Shown here piece by piece: positions 24,393 through 34,542 of a DNA stretch of 51,662 bases (positions are counted from its first letter, which is position 1; each line of letters opens with the position of its first letter). The DNA is from Escherichia phage aaroes. The notes beneath the pieces are model-generated. The model saw nothing but the letters and a program-made list of their open reading frames with translations, was not told the origin of the DNA and did no database searches. The translations under genes were made by a program, and so were the position numbers. Where the stretch lies: the sequence record NC_049826.1; one strand, written 5' to 3'.

Positions 24393-24827
24393 ATGAGTGA
24401 TTATTCAGTCATTGTTGGCGCTGAGTCGCCAGGATGCATGGTTGATTCTTCAATAATGGTGATTAATGGTTCTTTTGTATGTGGAGACGAGTTTATTTCA
24501 CCAGGTAAGATTGTAAGGTTATCATATATATCAAGCGGATATAAAATAGTCAGTGTTAATGGTGATCTAGTTATTGGCGTGGCAGTAAGACCGCCGGACT
24601 CGTGCATATATGAGGAGGGTGATCCCGTTAATGTGGTTAGTAGAGGTAGTGTGTGGTGCTTAACTTCTGAGAGCGAAGCGCCAGAATATGGAGATAAAGT
24701 ATTTGTAACGCAAGATGGAGATGCGGCATACAGTGAAGGCTACTTGCTGAGCGGTTGGATCTTTACTGGCGAACATGTAAAGGTTGATCATGATTCATAT
24801 ATTGTCGGGGTAAGCATTAGCGCATAA
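24393..24827 (+). CDS. head-associated structural protein, paralog B
   Basis: GGAG RBS before ATG 24393; paralogous to 23835-24347. Confidence 0.45.
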   Translation: MSDYSVIVGAESPGCMVDSSIMVINGSFVCGDEFISPGKIVRLSYISSGYKIVSVNGDLVIGVAVRPPDSCIYEEGDPVNVVSRGSVWCLTSESEAPEYGDKVFVTQDGDAAYSEGYLLSGWIFTGEHVKVDHDSYIVGVSISA

Positions 24828-24846
24828 CACAAAATTATGTTGCACG

Positions 24847-24865
24847 TTTAACAAAAAATGCTATC
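24847..24865 (-). promoter_or_regulatory. inverted copy of the early repeat core upstream of the capsid gene
   Basis: Plus strand TTTAACAAAAAATGCTATC is the reverse complement of ATAGCATTTTTTGTTAAA; minus-strand CATAAT lies 6 nt beyond it. Confidence 0.4.
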
Positions 24866-24910
24866 ATTGTGGCGTTACATACTAACAGCCTTTATATATG
24901 GAGGAAGAAA

Positions 24911-25885
24911 ATGGAAAAAGAAAAATTTGATCAGCTAGATGCGGATATTGTTTCTAGTTATCTGGCTACTCGCGGCGTTAAGGGTGATGCTTCTGATATG
25001 GGTATCTGGACGGCGCAAGAGCTTCACAAGATCCGCTCAACTGCTTACGAGAAAGAATATCCTGCAGGTTCAGCGCTTCGTGTATTCCCTGTAACTAATG
25101 AGCTTTCTGATACTGATAAGACTTTTGAATATCAGATGTTTGACAAAGTTGGTTACGCAAAAATTATCGCTGATTACACCGACGACCTGCCGACCGTTGA
25201 CGCGCTGATGTCCAGCGAATTTGGTAAAGTGTTCCGCTTGGGTAACGCGTTCTTGATCTCCATTGACGAAATCAAGGCTGGTCAGCGCACTGGTAAGAGC
25301 CTTTCCACTCGCAAGGCAAACGCAGCACAAAACGCTCATGATCAGGAAGTTAACCGCCTGGTGTTTAAGGGTTCAAAGCCGCATAAGATTCTTTCGGTGT
25401 TTGAACATCCTAACCTGACAAAGATCGTGTCAACTGGCTGGTTAAGTGCTGATGAAAACACTAAGTTCCCGCAGGCAGCATCTGATGAACTGGAAAAGGC
25501 TATTGAAACCATTCAGACCATCACCAATGGTCAGCACCGAGCAACCAACATCCTGATTCCGCCGTCTATGCGCAAGGTTCTTTCCGTTCGAATGGAAAAC
25601 ACCACTGAAAGTTATCTGGAATACTTCCAGAAACAAAACAGCGGAATCACCATTGACTCAATCGCAGAGCTTGAGGATATTGATGGCACAGGAACGAAAG
25701 GTTGCCTGGTATATGAGAAAGACCCGATGAACATGTCGATCGAAATTCCAGAAGCATTTAACATGCTTCCGGCGCAACCAAAAGATCTGCATTTCAAAGT
25801 TCCGTGCACTTCAAAATGTACTGGCCTGACGATTTACCGTCCGTTTACGCTAGTGCTTATTACTGGCTTGAAAAAATCAGGTTAA
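24911..25885 (+). CDS. major capsid protein
   Basis: 325 aa from GGAGGAAGAAA RBS; position after scaffold; followed by a strong terminator. Confidence 0.65.
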   Translation: MEKEKFDQLDADIVSSYLATRGVKGDASDMGIWTAQELHKIRSTAYEKEYPAGSALRVFPVTNELSDTDKTFEYQMFDKVGYAKIIADYTDDLPTVDALMSSEFGKVFRLGNAFLISIDEIKAGQRTGKSLSTRKANAAQNAHDQEVNRLVFKGSKPHKILSVFEHPNLTKIVSTGWLSADENTKFPQAASDELEKAIETIQTITNGQHRATNILIPPSMRKVLSVRMENTTESYLEYFQKQNSGITIDSIAELEDIDGTGTKGCLVYEKDPMNMSIEIPEAFNMLPAQPKDLHFKVPCTSKCTGLTIYRPFTLVLITGLKKSG

Positions 25886-25897
25886 TCGTATAACATT

Positions 25898-25927
25898 GGG
25901 GAATCCTTAACTGGATTCCCTTTTTTA
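25898..25927 (+). terminator. intrinsic terminator after the capsid gene
   Basis: GGGAATCC-ttaact-GGATTCCC plus a 6-T run. Confidence 0.85.
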
Positions 25928-25941
25928 TTGGAGGTTATGAA

Positions 25942-26214
25942 ATGGCTAAAGAAAAAACTGTAACGCTAAAGGTTTCCGGCGTATGCCTTATCATTGTTGA
26001 TGGTGAGCATTATCATCCAGGCAAAGAGTTTGACGTAGAAGAATCAAAGTTGAAAACAAGCGCGTTTGAATATCTAATTGCAAAAGGCGATCTGGAGGTC
26101 AAAGATAACTCCGCATTGAACGAAGAAATCAAACAGAGCGCAGCAAGCAAACGTAAAAAAGACCCGCGAGAGGGCAAGAGCAAAGCCGAACTTGAAGACG
26201 GCGGCATCTATTAA
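25942..26214 (+). CDS. hypothetical head-region protein (90 aa)
   Basis: GGAGG RBS; charged C-terminus. Confidence 0.45.
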   Translation: MAKEKTVTLKVSGVCLIIVDGEHYHPGKEFDVEESKLKTSAFEYLIAKGDLEVKDNSALNEEIKQSAASKRKKDPREGKSKAELEDGGIY

Positions 26215-26220
26215 TAAAGA

Positions 26221-26240
26221 GGGCGCTTATAGCGCCCTTT
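26221..26240 (+). terminator. candidate terminator (weak U-tract)
   Basis: GGGCGCT-tat-AGCGCCC followed by TTTG. Confidence 0.4.
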
Positions 26241-26261
26241 GTCATATCTGGAGGAAACACA

Positions 26262-26678
26262 ATGGTTGATGAATTTTTCACTGACGCAGAAATCACGCAG
26301 CAAATCGTGAAATTAGCGCCACCGATGAAGCAGATTGATCCAGATTTAATGGTGGCATGGATTGAGCTTGCAAAGGAATTTGTTTGCAAGAAGCGGTTTA
26401 AAGAATCATATCCAAAAGCGGTTGCTCTTTATACGTTGCACCTTATGACGCTTGACGGAGCTATGAAGCAAGAAGGGGAAAGCGTAGAGAGTTACTCACG
26501 GCGCGTGGCGTCATTTTCCCTGACTGGTGAATTTAGCCAGACTTTTGATCGAGTGTCAGGCGACTCTGACGGAAAAGAGATTAGACAAACTCCCTGGGGG
26601 AAAATGTACGAAACGCTAAATCGTAAGAAAGGCGGTGGATTTGGCCTTGTGACTGGATTTCGGAGGCGTTGCAAATGA
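26262..26678 (+). CDS. head-tail connector/adaptor protein (putative)
   Basis: First of four overlapping ORFs between capsid and tail-tube genes; call rests on position. Confidence 0.45.
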   Translation: MVDEFFTDAEITQQIVKLAPPMKQIDPDLMVAWIELAKEFVCKKRFKESYPKAVALYTLHLMTLDGAMKQEGESVESYSRRVASFSLTGEFSQTFDRVSGDSDGKEIRQTPWGKMYETLNRKKGGGFGLVTGFRRRCK

Positions 26679-27046
26679 ACTATAACGAGATCGCAAGAAT
26701 GGCAACCGAAGGAATTAACTTCTTTAGTGATGGCAACGGTGAGTTTAAGTGCATAACGCAGCGTGGAAGCGTTGAAATCATCGGAGGCGAAGAAGTAGAA
26801 AAGCCAGAGATTAGTGTAATGATTAAGGGTTTAATTAGATCCCCCAAAGTCCGAGAGGTTGACGGCGAGACAATACGAGTAACCGATAAGTTGGGAGTTT
26901 TTAACAATAAAGTTGAAATTAAGAACGGGTATCATATTGATGTTGATGGTGAATTATATGTTGTAGTTGAAGCAAGACCAATCAGACAAACCAATGTCAC
27001 TGTTGCTTATCGGCCTATTTTGAGAAGGATTTCTGTACATGGCTAA
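26669..27046 (+). CDS. head closure / head-tail joining protein (putative)
   Basis: Position; overlapping start. Confidence 0.4.
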   Translation: MQMNYNEIARMATEGINFFSDGNGEFKCITQRGSVEIIGGEEVEKPEISVMIKGLIRSPKVREVDGETIRVTDKLGVFNNKVEIKNGYHIDVDGELYVVVEARPIRQTNVTVAYRPILRRISVHG

Positions 27047-27482
27047 AAACTACACGATAAGAGAGTTTCACGGAAACATTGATGCGTGGATAAACGCCGT
27101 TGATAGTGGCCTGAAAGATTGCGTTGAGTTGTTCGCCGAAAAAGTGCATACAGATCTTGTTAAGCGTTCTCCGGTTGATACTGGTCGTTACCGTGCAAAC
27201 TGGCAGGTAACAGCAAACAAGCCGCCATTGTATGCGCTTAACCAGTACGATAAGCACGGAGACAAAACGATCGCGGAAGGAAAGCGAGCCATATACGCGA
27301 TTTTACGAGGTGGCGGCGCAGTAAGAGCCATTTATTTTTCAAACATGCTTATTTATGCTAACGCGCTTGAGTACGGTCATTCAAAACAAGCGCCAGCGGG
27401 TGTGCTTGGGATTGTAGCGGTTAAGTTGAGATCTTATATGGCTGAAGCAATAAAAGAGTCGAGGGCTAAAAATGCACTATGA
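27039..27482 (+). CDS. tail completion / neck protein (putative)
   Basis: Position; overlapping start. Confidence 0.4.
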   Translation: MAKNYTIREFHGNIDAWINAVDSGLKDCVELFAEKVHTDLVKRSPVDTGRYRANWQVTANKPPLYALNQYDKHGDKTIAEGKRAIYAILRGGGAVRAIYFSNMLIYANALEYGHSKQAPAGVLGIVAVKLRSYMAEAIKESRAKNAL

Positions 27483-27870
27483 ATTAATGCTATCGGCGCG
27501 TAAGGCGCTGGCGACTGAATACGAGAGCAGATTCATTATCGCTTATGAAAACGTAGAGTTTACGCCACCTGGTGACGGTTCGCCGTGGTTGAAGTTTGAC
27601 TATGCCGAAGTTGACACAGAATACTTGTCATTGGATCGAAAATGCGTTTCCTATATCGGAATGATTCAGGTTGGCATTGTGTTTCCACCAGGTTACGGAA
27701 CTGACAGGCCGCGCGTTCTCGCTAAAGAGATTGCGCAATTCTTTTACGATGGTAAAATGCTGGAGCATGGTTATATATATGAGGGTGCAAGAGTTCACAA
27801 GCCGCTCAAGAGTGAAAGCGGTTGGATTCTCCCAATAAGGTTTTATGTTCGAATTGAAACAAAGGAGTAA
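27472..27870 (+). CDS. tail terminator protein (putative)
   Basis: Position directly upstream of the tube gene. Confidence 0.4.
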   Translation: MHYELMLSARKALATEYESRFIIAYENVEFTPPGDGSPWLKFDYAEVDTEYLSLDRKCVSYIGMIQVGIVFPPGYGTDRPRVLAKEIAQFFYDGKMLEHGYIYEGARVHKPLKSESGWILPIRFYVRIETKE

Positions 27871-27875
27871 AAATT

Positions 27876-28538
27876 ATGCATTTACCAAATGGATCGCAAA
27901 TTTTCGTTGAGAGCAATCGCGGAAGCGAAATCCAAGCAACAGCAGTGTCAAACGCCAAAGATCCTGTTTTCACTGTTGCATCTGGCGGCACTGCGTACAA
28001 GAAAGGTGATTATGTGATCATCACTGCGTCTTCTTGGGGTAAGCTGATTGATCGTGTTATGCGTGTAAAGGCTAACGGTGAAGAAACAAGCGTGACTCTT
28101 GAAGGCGTAGATACTACTGATCAGAACGTTTTCCCGTCTGGCGGTACTGCATCTTTTGCCAAAATTGATGCATGGACGGAGATCCCTTGCGTTCAGGATT
28201 TGTCGCAGGGCGGCGGCGAACAGCAATACTATACTTATCAGTGTTTGGCAGACGACCAGGAACAGCAGTTACCTACCTATAAGAGCGCCGTTTCTCTGAC
28301 CTACACTTTTGCGCACGAATACGATAACGCGATCTATCCGCTACTTCGTACAGCAGATGAGTCAGGCGCTGTAACGGCGCTTCGCATGTGTGTACCAAAA
28401 GCAAAAGAGATGCGTTGCTGGGCTGGTGTCCTTTCGTTTAACGAGATCCCACAAACGACCGTTAACGAAATGGAAACTGTTTCCCTGTCTGTATCCCTGA
28501 AAGGTCGATTCACCTTCCTACCTTCTCAAGTAGCATAA
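27876..28538 (+). CDS. major tail (tube) protein
   Basis: 220 aa, strong RBS AAGGAG, followed by a strong terminator and then the chaperone genes. Confidence 0.55.
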   Translation: MHLPNGSQIFVESNRGSEIQATAVSNAKDPVFTVASGGTAYKKGDYVIITASSWGKLIDRVMRVKANGEETSVTLEGVDTTDQNVFPSGGTASFAKIDAWTEIPCVQDLSQGGGEQQYYTYQCLADDQEQQLPTYKSAVSLTYTFAHEYDNAIYPLLRTADESGAVTALRMCVPKAKEMRCWAGVLSFNEIPQTTVNEMETVSLSVSLKGRFTFLPSQVA

Positions 28539-28543
28539 TCACA

Positions 28544-28566
28544 AGGGGCGTTGCGCCCCTTTTTTT
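28544..28566 (+). terminator. intrinsic terminator after the tail tube gene
   Basis: AGGGGCG-ttg-CGCCCCT plus a 7-T run. Confidence 0.85.
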
Positions 28567-28605
28567 GTTACTGTACAATCATGATAAACGATTCATAATC
28601 AATTC

Positions 28606-28625
28606 TTTTAACAAAAAGTGCTATC
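28606..28625 (-). promoter_or_regulatory. inverted copy of the early repeat core upstream of the tail chaperone gene
   Basis: Plus strand TTTTAACAAAAAGTGCTATC is the exact reverse complement of the early core; flanked upstream by TACAAT and CATAAT. Confidence 0.4.
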
Positions 28626-28637
28626 AAGGAGAAAGAA

Positions 28638-28955
28638 ATGTCAAAAATGAAATTGACGATTGGGCCGCTTCCTGACTTTAAATTACCAGTGAAATTTGCA
28701 ATGCCTAACGGAGAAGATCAAACAATTATCTTCACAGTTCGCCACCGCAAAACAAGTGAGATTCACGAGCGCTACACGTCAGATACTCCAATGAGCGATG
28801 TTGAAATGATCACCTTCCTTGCTTCCGGTTGGAATCTTGATGATGAATTTAACGAAGAAAATATTAAACAGCTTCTTGATTACTACCCAGCAACAGCAAT
28901 CGGATTAACTAGCGCATACATGAAAGCGCTTGCGGGGCAGCGAGTAAAAAACTAA
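28638..28955 (+). CDS. tail assembly chaperone (lambda gpG analogue)
   Basis: 105 aa ORF upstream of the tape measure gene ending in slippery A-AAA-AAC. Confidence 0.6.
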   Translation: MSKMKLTIGPLPDFKLPVKFAMPNGEDQTIIFTVRHRKTSEIHERYTSDTPMSDVEMITFLASGWNLDDEFNEENIKQLLDYYPATAIGLTSAYMKALAGQRVKN

Positions 28956-29266
28956 AAAGGGCGGTTTACCTGTTTTATCAGAAACCGCCGACAGATGCAG
29001 AGCTTGAGGCAGTTGGCCTTACAAGGGCAGACTATGAAGGAGAAGATCCGCCAGAGGTTATATTTGATGAAAGCATGATGCAATCATGGGATATATTTTG
29101 CGCAATGCAAACGCAATGGCGATGTTCTGGCGGTGGCGCTTACGGATTTGATTATAATGTCTTGCCTATGCTTTTTGAGATTTACAAGGTTGAGGATCGC
29201 GAGATGGCGCTAAACGACTTGCGAATCATGGAGCAAAAAGCACTTGAAATGATGCATTCAAAATAA
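28638..29266 (+). CDS. tail assembly chaperone frameshift product (gpGT analogue, -1 shift near 28952)
   Basis: The -1 frame is open from 28946 to the stop at 29264-29266. Confidence 0.55.
28946..28990 (+). other. programmed -1 ribosomal frameshift signal (slippery heptamer plus downstream hairpin)
   Basis: A-AAA-AAC at 28946-28952; stem GGCGGTTT (28960-28967) / AAACCGCC (28983-28990) 7 nt downstream. Confidence 0.6.
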
Positions 29267-29305
29267 GCGCCTACGGGCGCTTTTTTATTACCTGGAGGAT
29301 TAATA

Positions 29306-31978
29306 ATGTCAGAACAATACGCAGGCTTGACGCTTGGGGTTGACGTTTCTCAACTCAACAATGCTGTAAAGTCTTTGCAGCAATTCAAGAAGGCAAACGA
29401 CGACGCAAAGGGAAGCGTTGAGAGTTTTGTTGATTCAGAGGTTGTTGCGAGACAAAGAGCCAAACAACTGGCTGAGGAATTGGCAAAGCAGAAGCAAGAA
29501 TTTAAAGCAATTCAGTCGGCAATAGATCCGACAGCAAGCAAAATGGATAAGTTGCGCCAGGCTGCGACACAGCTTGATGCGCTTTGGAAAAAAGGAATTG
29601 TGCCGGATGATACATTCTTTGAGTTAGGATCAATTCTTGAGACGCAGCAAAACAAACTGATCGCAACTAAAAAGGCGCTAACTGAAGAAGGCCGCGCGGC
29701 GCTTGAGGAAGCAAAAAACAAGGCAAGGGCAGAGGCTGAGGCAAGAAAGTTTATTGCGGCATTGCAGGCGCAAGCTGACGCAGCGGAAAAAACAAAATCA
29801 GAGCTTGTCGAAATGAGAGCCGCACAACTTGGAGTTAGTGCAGAGGCTGCACCATTTATTGCAAAAATGAAGGAGCAGGAAAAACAAGCCTCAAAACTTG
29901 GCGTTTCTATGGGGCAGTACAAGCAAGCAATGGCGCAATTGCCAATGCAGATCACTGACGTTGTTACTTCTCTTGCTTCAGGTATGCCAGTGTGGATGAT
30001 CGCAATCCAGCAGGGCGGGCAAATCAAGGACTCATTCGGCGGTGTTGCTAATACGTTTAAAGCGCTAATGACATTTGTCACGCCTTTAAGTGTAGGAATG
30101 ACGGCGCTGACTGGTGCTCTTGGTTATGCTGCATATAATGCATACAAAGCAAATGCACAACTGAAGGAGATCACAAAAACCGTTCAGGAGGCAACTGGTC
30201 TTTCTGGTGATTTTGCGGAGCGGATTGCAACTGGAATCCAGGCGCTATCTGACAAGACAGGAGAGAGCGCCGACAATATAGCAAAGGCTTACATAAGCAC
30301 TAAGGATGGAGCAAGCGAGGCTATACAAAAACTCGTCGATGTTGGATTTACCTATGACGAAGCAAAGGTAAAAGTAAACGAATACAAAAACGCATCAAGT
30401 TTTGTAAGTCTTAACAATGAAATTGCCGATCATAAAAACAAAGTTCTTGAGCTTGGCGATTCATGGTATGCGGTCTTAAAAGCAAAACGTAATTATGCTT
30501 CACCGTCCGGCGGGCTGTTGGGGAAAGAGCTTGGTTATGTGAATCCAATGCTGCAATTTGCGAAGAACACCTATGAGGATATAGGAAAGATCGTAAAAGA
30601 TGCGAATAAGGATATGGCGGAACGAGCAGCACGAATCGACAGAGAAAACCTTTCCTTAAACAGAGTTCGAGCGGCGCAAGAGGCTTTAAACAAAGCTATA
30701 GAGGATCAGAAGAACGTAGCAAGGACAGCAGACGAAGAGTTGAAAAAACGAGCGGCTGAGAACGTGGAGTTCAGGCGAAAAGAGCTTGAAGAGGCGAAGA
30801 AGGCGCAGCAGCAAAAGGAAAAAGTTGGTGGAGTTGTAAAAGCACCAACAGAGCAGCTTGATAAGGAGCTATATGTTCTCAAAGCGCAACTTGAAACACT
30901 AAAAGAGCACAGGACTGTAAATGATGTTATTTCACGCCAGCGACAATCTTTGTGGAGCATTGAAAAGCAGATCCAGATCCTGGAGGAAGCGCAAAGCAAA
31001 CGTAAGCTGACAAAAGCGGAACAGGCGTTACTAAACGAGCAAAAAGCAGTTATTGCTATGGCAAAAGAAAAGGCCGAGATAGGCGATCAGATTGTTTTGC
31101 AACAGAGAAAGAATAAGCAATACCAGGAAGGTCTTAAATTCATTCAGCAAACATCAGATGCTATTGACGCTATGAACTTGCGACAGTCTGGAGCTACAGA
31201 TCTGCAAATCCAGCGAGAGCTTGAGTTGAAGAAGTTGCGAACTGATTATGTTGCTGGCGGAGGTAGTATCGACGATGAAATTTACCAGCAGATGGAAGCA
31301 AAACTGAAGGAGTATTACGCCACTGAGGATCAGCTTAGAAATAACTGGATTGCAGGAGCAAAGAACGCATGGGAGGTTTACGGACAAGATGCAATGGATA
31401 TGTACGGCAACGTGCAAGATATTGCAAGCGAGGCGCTCAACGGTCTAACCAACCAAATGGCTACATTCCTTGCAACAGGTAAGGCAAATTTTAAGAGCTT
31501 CGCAACGTCAATCATCCAAATGATTATCCAGATGATCACAAAGATGGTTATCTTTAATGCCATATCTGGTGCGATTGGCGGTGACACTTGGACGATTGGA
31601 AGCCTTCTTAAAAATGTTGGATTTGCAACTGGTGGATACACTGGCGACGGCGGTAAGTATGAGCCAGCAGGTGTTGTCCATAAAGGCGAGTTTGTCATGA
31701 CGAAGGAGGCCACGAAGCGGATCGGGGTTGGAAATCTTTACAAAATGATGCGCGGTTATGCAAATGGCGGCGTTGTTGGCGGAACTTCATACACTGGCGG
31801 CGGAGTTTCATCTGGAGCAACAAATCTTAATATTGGCGGGATCAGCGTTGATATTAACAACGGAAGCGATCCGAAAGGGTTGGAGACTGGCGTAAAAATG
31901 ATTTTCACTGATATGATTAAGCGTTCCTGTACGCAGGGTGGGGAAGTTTACGAATTTGTTATGTCTAAGCGGGGGTGA
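29306..31978 (+). CDS. tail tape measure protein
   Basis: 890 aa, long Ala/Gln/Lys/Glu-rich coiled coil, Gly-rich C-terminus; position. Confidence 0.85.
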   Translation: MSEQYAGLTLGVDVSQLNNAVKSLQQFKKANDDAKGSVESFVDSEVVARQRAKQLAEELAKQKQEFKAIQSAIDPTASKMDKLRQAATQLDALWKKGIVPDDTFFELGSILETQQNKLIATKKALTEEGRAALEEAKNKARAEAEARKFIAALQAQADAAEKTKSELVEMRAAQLGVSAEAAPFIAKMKEQEKQASKLGVSMGQYKQAMAQLPMQITDVVTSLASGMPVWMIAIQQGGQIKDSFGGVANTFKALMTFVTPLSVGMTALTGALGYAAYNAYKANAQLKEITKTVQEATGLSGDFAERIATGIQALSDKTGESADNIAKAYISTKDGASEAIQKLVDVGFTYDEAKVKVNEYKNASSFVSLNNEIADHKNKVLELGDSWYAVLKAKRNYASPSGGLLGKELGYVNPMLQFAKNTYEDIGKIVKDANKDMAERAARIDRENLSLNRVRAAQEALNKAIEDQKNVARTADEELKKRAAENVEFRRKELEEAKKAQQQKEKVGGVVKAPTEQLDKELYVLKAQLETLKEHRTVNDVISRQRQSLWSIEKQIQILEEAQSKRKLTKAEQALLNEQKAVIAMAKEKAEIGDQIVLQQRKNKQYQEGLKFIQQTSDAIDAMNLRQSGATDLQIQRELELKKLRTDYVAGGGSIDDEIYQQMEAKLKEYYATEDQLRNNWIAGAKNAWEVYGQDAMDMYGNVQDIASEALNGLTNQMATFLATGKANFKSFATSIIQMIIQMITKMVIFNAISGAIGGDTWTIGSLLKNVGFATGGYTGDGGKYEPAGVVHKGEFVMTKEATKRIGVGNLYKMMRGYANGGVVGGTSYTGGGVSSGATNLNIGGISVDINNGSDPKGLETGVKMIFTDMIKRSCTQGGEVYEFVMSKRG

Positions 31979-32331
31979 TAGTGAAACTTGAGCAATTCAA
32001 ATGGTGCACACAAACGCAAGGAGGCGGCGGCACTATGACCACATCAAATAACGACAGGGAAATCTCATTTGGTAATGGTTACACGCAGGTTGCGTCAGGA
32101 GGGTTTAACACGGTACGCAGGGAGTTTTCCATTGTCTATGTTGGCAAGGATTACAGAGACGTTGTTGACTTCCTGAATGGGCACAGGCTGAAGCCGTTTT
32201 TATGGTTCATGCCTGACGGTCAGCCTGGTCTATTCAGGGTTAAATCCGGTAGCGTTGGATTAACTCCAATATCAGCAACCGTTCAGGAAGTGAAAGCAAC
32301 ATTTACTGAGCAATTTACATCAATGCAATAA
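31975..32331 (+). CDS. minor tail protein (lambda gpM-like)
   Basis: Position after the tape measure gene; start uncertain (GTG 31975 or ATG 32035 after AGGAGG). Confidence 0.55.
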   Translation: MIVKLEQFKWCTQTQGGGGTMTTSNNDREISFGNGYTQVASGGFNTVRREFSIVYVGKDYRDVVDFLNGHRLKPFLWFMPDGQPGLFRVKSGSVGLTPISATVQEVKATFTEQFTSMQ

Positions 32332-32335
32332 TTCA

Positions 32336-32358
32336 AGCCGCCTTTGTGCGGCTTTTTT
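32336..32358 (+). terminator. intrinsic terminator
   Basis: AGCCGC-ctttgt-GCGGCT plus a 6-T run. Confidence 0.8.
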
Positions 32359-32392
32359 ATTGATGATACAATGTACGAAAGGAGGTGCAATT

Positions 32393-33154
32393 ATGGCTAA
32401 TGAAACAACAGGTCGCGCGGATCTTGAAAATTGTCTGCAAAGCCTTTACCCTGGCGAGATTATCACGCTAATTGAAATTGACGGAACAAAGTTTGGCGCA
32501 AACATTTACCGCATACACAATGAGAACATCTCATACACTGCGGAAGAATTATTGCAGGCGCGAGAAACTGGAGTTCTTCCGCCGAAAGAGATTACATTCC
32601 GTGGTGAGGTTTACGGCGCGCGCCCGTTCGGAATATCTGGAATCAACTTCACAAGCAACGGAAAGGCTGATAAGCCACAATTGATACTGTCAAACCTTGA
32701 CAGCCAGGTGAGCGCGATGATTCGCAACTTTAACGGCATGATGCAAGCTAAGGTTACAATCTGGATCACGCCAGCGGAATTAATGGGGAAAGATGGCAGC
32801 ATTAAAGATGGAGCTTCAAGAAAGCTGGTTTACTACATTGAGCGCCCAAGCCATTACAATAGAATGATGGCGAAATTTGACCTGACATCGCCTTATGATA
32901 TGGATGGAATAATGATTCCTCCGCGAATAACTCAAAGCGTTTGTTATTGGGCGCAGCGTGGATGGTATCGAAGCGGAAAAGGTTGCGGATACAATGGATC
33001 GCGAATGTTTGACAAAGACAACAATCCTGTAACCGATCCATCTCAAGACTTTTGCGCAGGAACTGTAACAGCGTGCAAACTTCGTTTTGGTGCAGATCAG
33101 CAGCTTGATTTTGGCGGCGCACCAGTAGCAAGCCTGTTAAGGAGAAACCAGTAA
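32393..33154 (+). CDS. minor tail protein (lambda gpL-like)
   Basis: AGGAGG RBS; C-terminal four-Cys cluster like the gpL Fe-S motif; position. Confidence 0.6.
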   Translation: MANETTGRADLENCLQSLYPGEIITLIEIDGTKFGANIYRIHNENISYTAEELLQARETGVLPPKEITFRGEVYGARPFGISGINFTSNGKADKPQLILSNLDSQVSAMIRNFNGMMQAKVTIWITPAELMGKDGSIKDGASRKLVYYIERPSHYNRMMAKFDLTSPYDMDGIMIPPRITQSVCYWAQRGWYRSGKGCGYNGSRMFDKDNNPVTDPSQDFCAGTVTACKLRFGADQQLDFGGAPVASLLRRNQ

Positions 33155-33885
33155 TGATTAGTGCAAAGATAAAACTTGAAATAATGCAGCACGTAAAAGA
33201 TGAATACCCGCGCGAGGCGTGCGGGGTTATCACTCAAAAGTCGCGGGTACAGAAATATCACCGAATAACAAACGTGCATGATGATCCTGAAAATCATTTT
33301 GAGATGAACGCAATTGAATACGTTGAGGCGTGTGAAAGTGGCGAGATTATTGCTGTTGTGCATAGCCACACTGGGGACGGGGCAAGTACAATTCCAAGCG
33401 CCCATGATACATGCATGTGTGATGAAATGGGTGTTTCATGGGTTATTGTGTCATGGCCAGAAGGTGATATGAGAATCATTGAGCCTGAATCTCGTCCTCT
33501 TATTGGTCGCCCGTGGTCGCTTGGGGCGTATGATTGCTGGGGGCTTATTATGGCATGGCACAAAAAACATGGCGTTATCCTGAATGATTTCAGGAAACCA
33601 TATGAATGGTGGAAGCCTGAGCACGGTGAAAATCTTTATCAAGAAAATTATCTGAAAGAGGGTTTTGTTGAAACAGGAGAGCCGCCAAAACCTGGTGATA
33701 TGGTTATCTTTCAGCTTTCCGCGCCAGTGTGGAATCATGCAGGCATTTATCTTGGCAACAATCAGTTTCTTCATCATGCCTTTGGTAAGTTGTCAAGGGT
33801 TGATTTGTATTCTGGATGGTATCAGGAACATGCAAAAATGGTTTGTAGACATAAGGATCTGAAATATGACTTTGAAGGTAATTAA
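33154..33885 (+). CDS. tail assembly protein (lambda gpK-like, JAB/MPN plus NlpC/P60 domains)
   Basis: JAMM motif HSHTGDGASTIPSAHD; C-terminal Cys/His papain-like core (YDCWGL ... H). Confidence 0.75.
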   Translation: MISAKIKLEIMQHVKDEYPREACGVITQKSRVQKYHRITNVHDDPENHFEMNAIEYVEACESGEIIAVVHSHTGDGASTIPSAHDTCMCDEMGVSWVIVSWPEGDMRIIEPESRPLIGRPWSLGAYDCWGLIMAWHKKHGVILNDFRKPYEWWKPEHGENLYQENYLKEGFVETGEPPKPGDMVIFQLSAPVWNHAGIYLGNNQFLHHAFGKLSRVDLYSGWYQEHAKMVCRHKDLKYDFEGN

Positions 33886-34462
33886 ATTGTCTGGATCTTT
33901 AGGGCGAAGATTTGGTGTATTTCATAAGCTGGCTGTTGACTCATACCCTGAAGCAATCCGTGCGCTATCTTCGCAGGTGGAAGGATTCAAGGACTACATG
34001 CAAAGCGAAGTGGGATCGCGAATGCGTTACGCTGTATTTGTTGACGGTAATAATGTAGGACAGCACGATGAAAAAGCGTGGCAATGCGCAAAGGAAGTGA
34101 GGATTATTCCAATCCCAACAGGTTCAAAGTCTGGCGGGTTGTTTCAGGTTGTTCTTGGCGCGGTTATTATGGCGACTGCATTTTTCACTGGCGGCTCTTC
34201 ACTTGCTTTGATGGGTGCTTTTGCATCGTCTGCTTTCATGATGGGTGGTGCTATGGTGCTTGGCGGAGTAATGCAAATGATTTCACCGCAGCAAGGAGGA
34301 TCAAGATTGTCCTCACAGTCAGCAGAAAACAAGCCGTCTTATGCTTTCGGTGGCGCTGTTAACACAACAGCAGCAGGATACCCAATACCATTGCCATACG
34401 GTCAAAGGACCGTCGGCGGAGCTATCTGGTCGGCTGGCAGCTATGCAGAGGATAAGGCTTAA
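33866..34462 (+). CDS. tail assembly protein (lambda gpI-like)
   Basis: Position between K-like and J-like genes; Gly/Ala-rich hydrophobic C-terminal half. Confidence 0.6.
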   Translation: MTLKVIKLSGSLGRRFGVFHKLAVDSYPEAIRALSSQVEGFKDYMQSEVGSRMRYAVFVDGNNVGQHDEKAWQCAKEVRIIPIPTGSKSGGLFQVVLGAVIMATAFFTGGSSLALMGAFASSAFMMGGAMVLGGVMQMISPQQGGSRLSSQSAENKPSYAFGGAVNTTAAGYPIPLPYGQRTVGGAIWSAGSYAEDKA

Positions 34463-34470
34463 TATAAAAG

Positions 34471-34497
34471 AGTCGCGCGTTGCGCGGCTTTTTTTTT
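34471..34497 (+). terminator. intrinsic terminator before the J-like gene
   Basis: 8-bp GC stem (AGTCGCGCG / GCGCGGCT) with a 3-nt loop plus 9 T; followed by TATAAT and a degenerate core (AAATAGCAC). Confidence 0.85.
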
Positions 34498-34542
34498 GCC
34501 CGTATAATTCAACAAATCAAATAGCACAAAAGGTGAAAAAGC

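Noticed and set aside
29512-30081. 189-aa minus-strand ORF, and similar antisense ORFs at 30706-30999 and 31378-31713
   Set aside because: They lie antisense inside the tape measure gene, are low-complexity Ala/Ser/Cys-rich mirror images of its coiled-coil coding sequence, and have no RBS or promoter.
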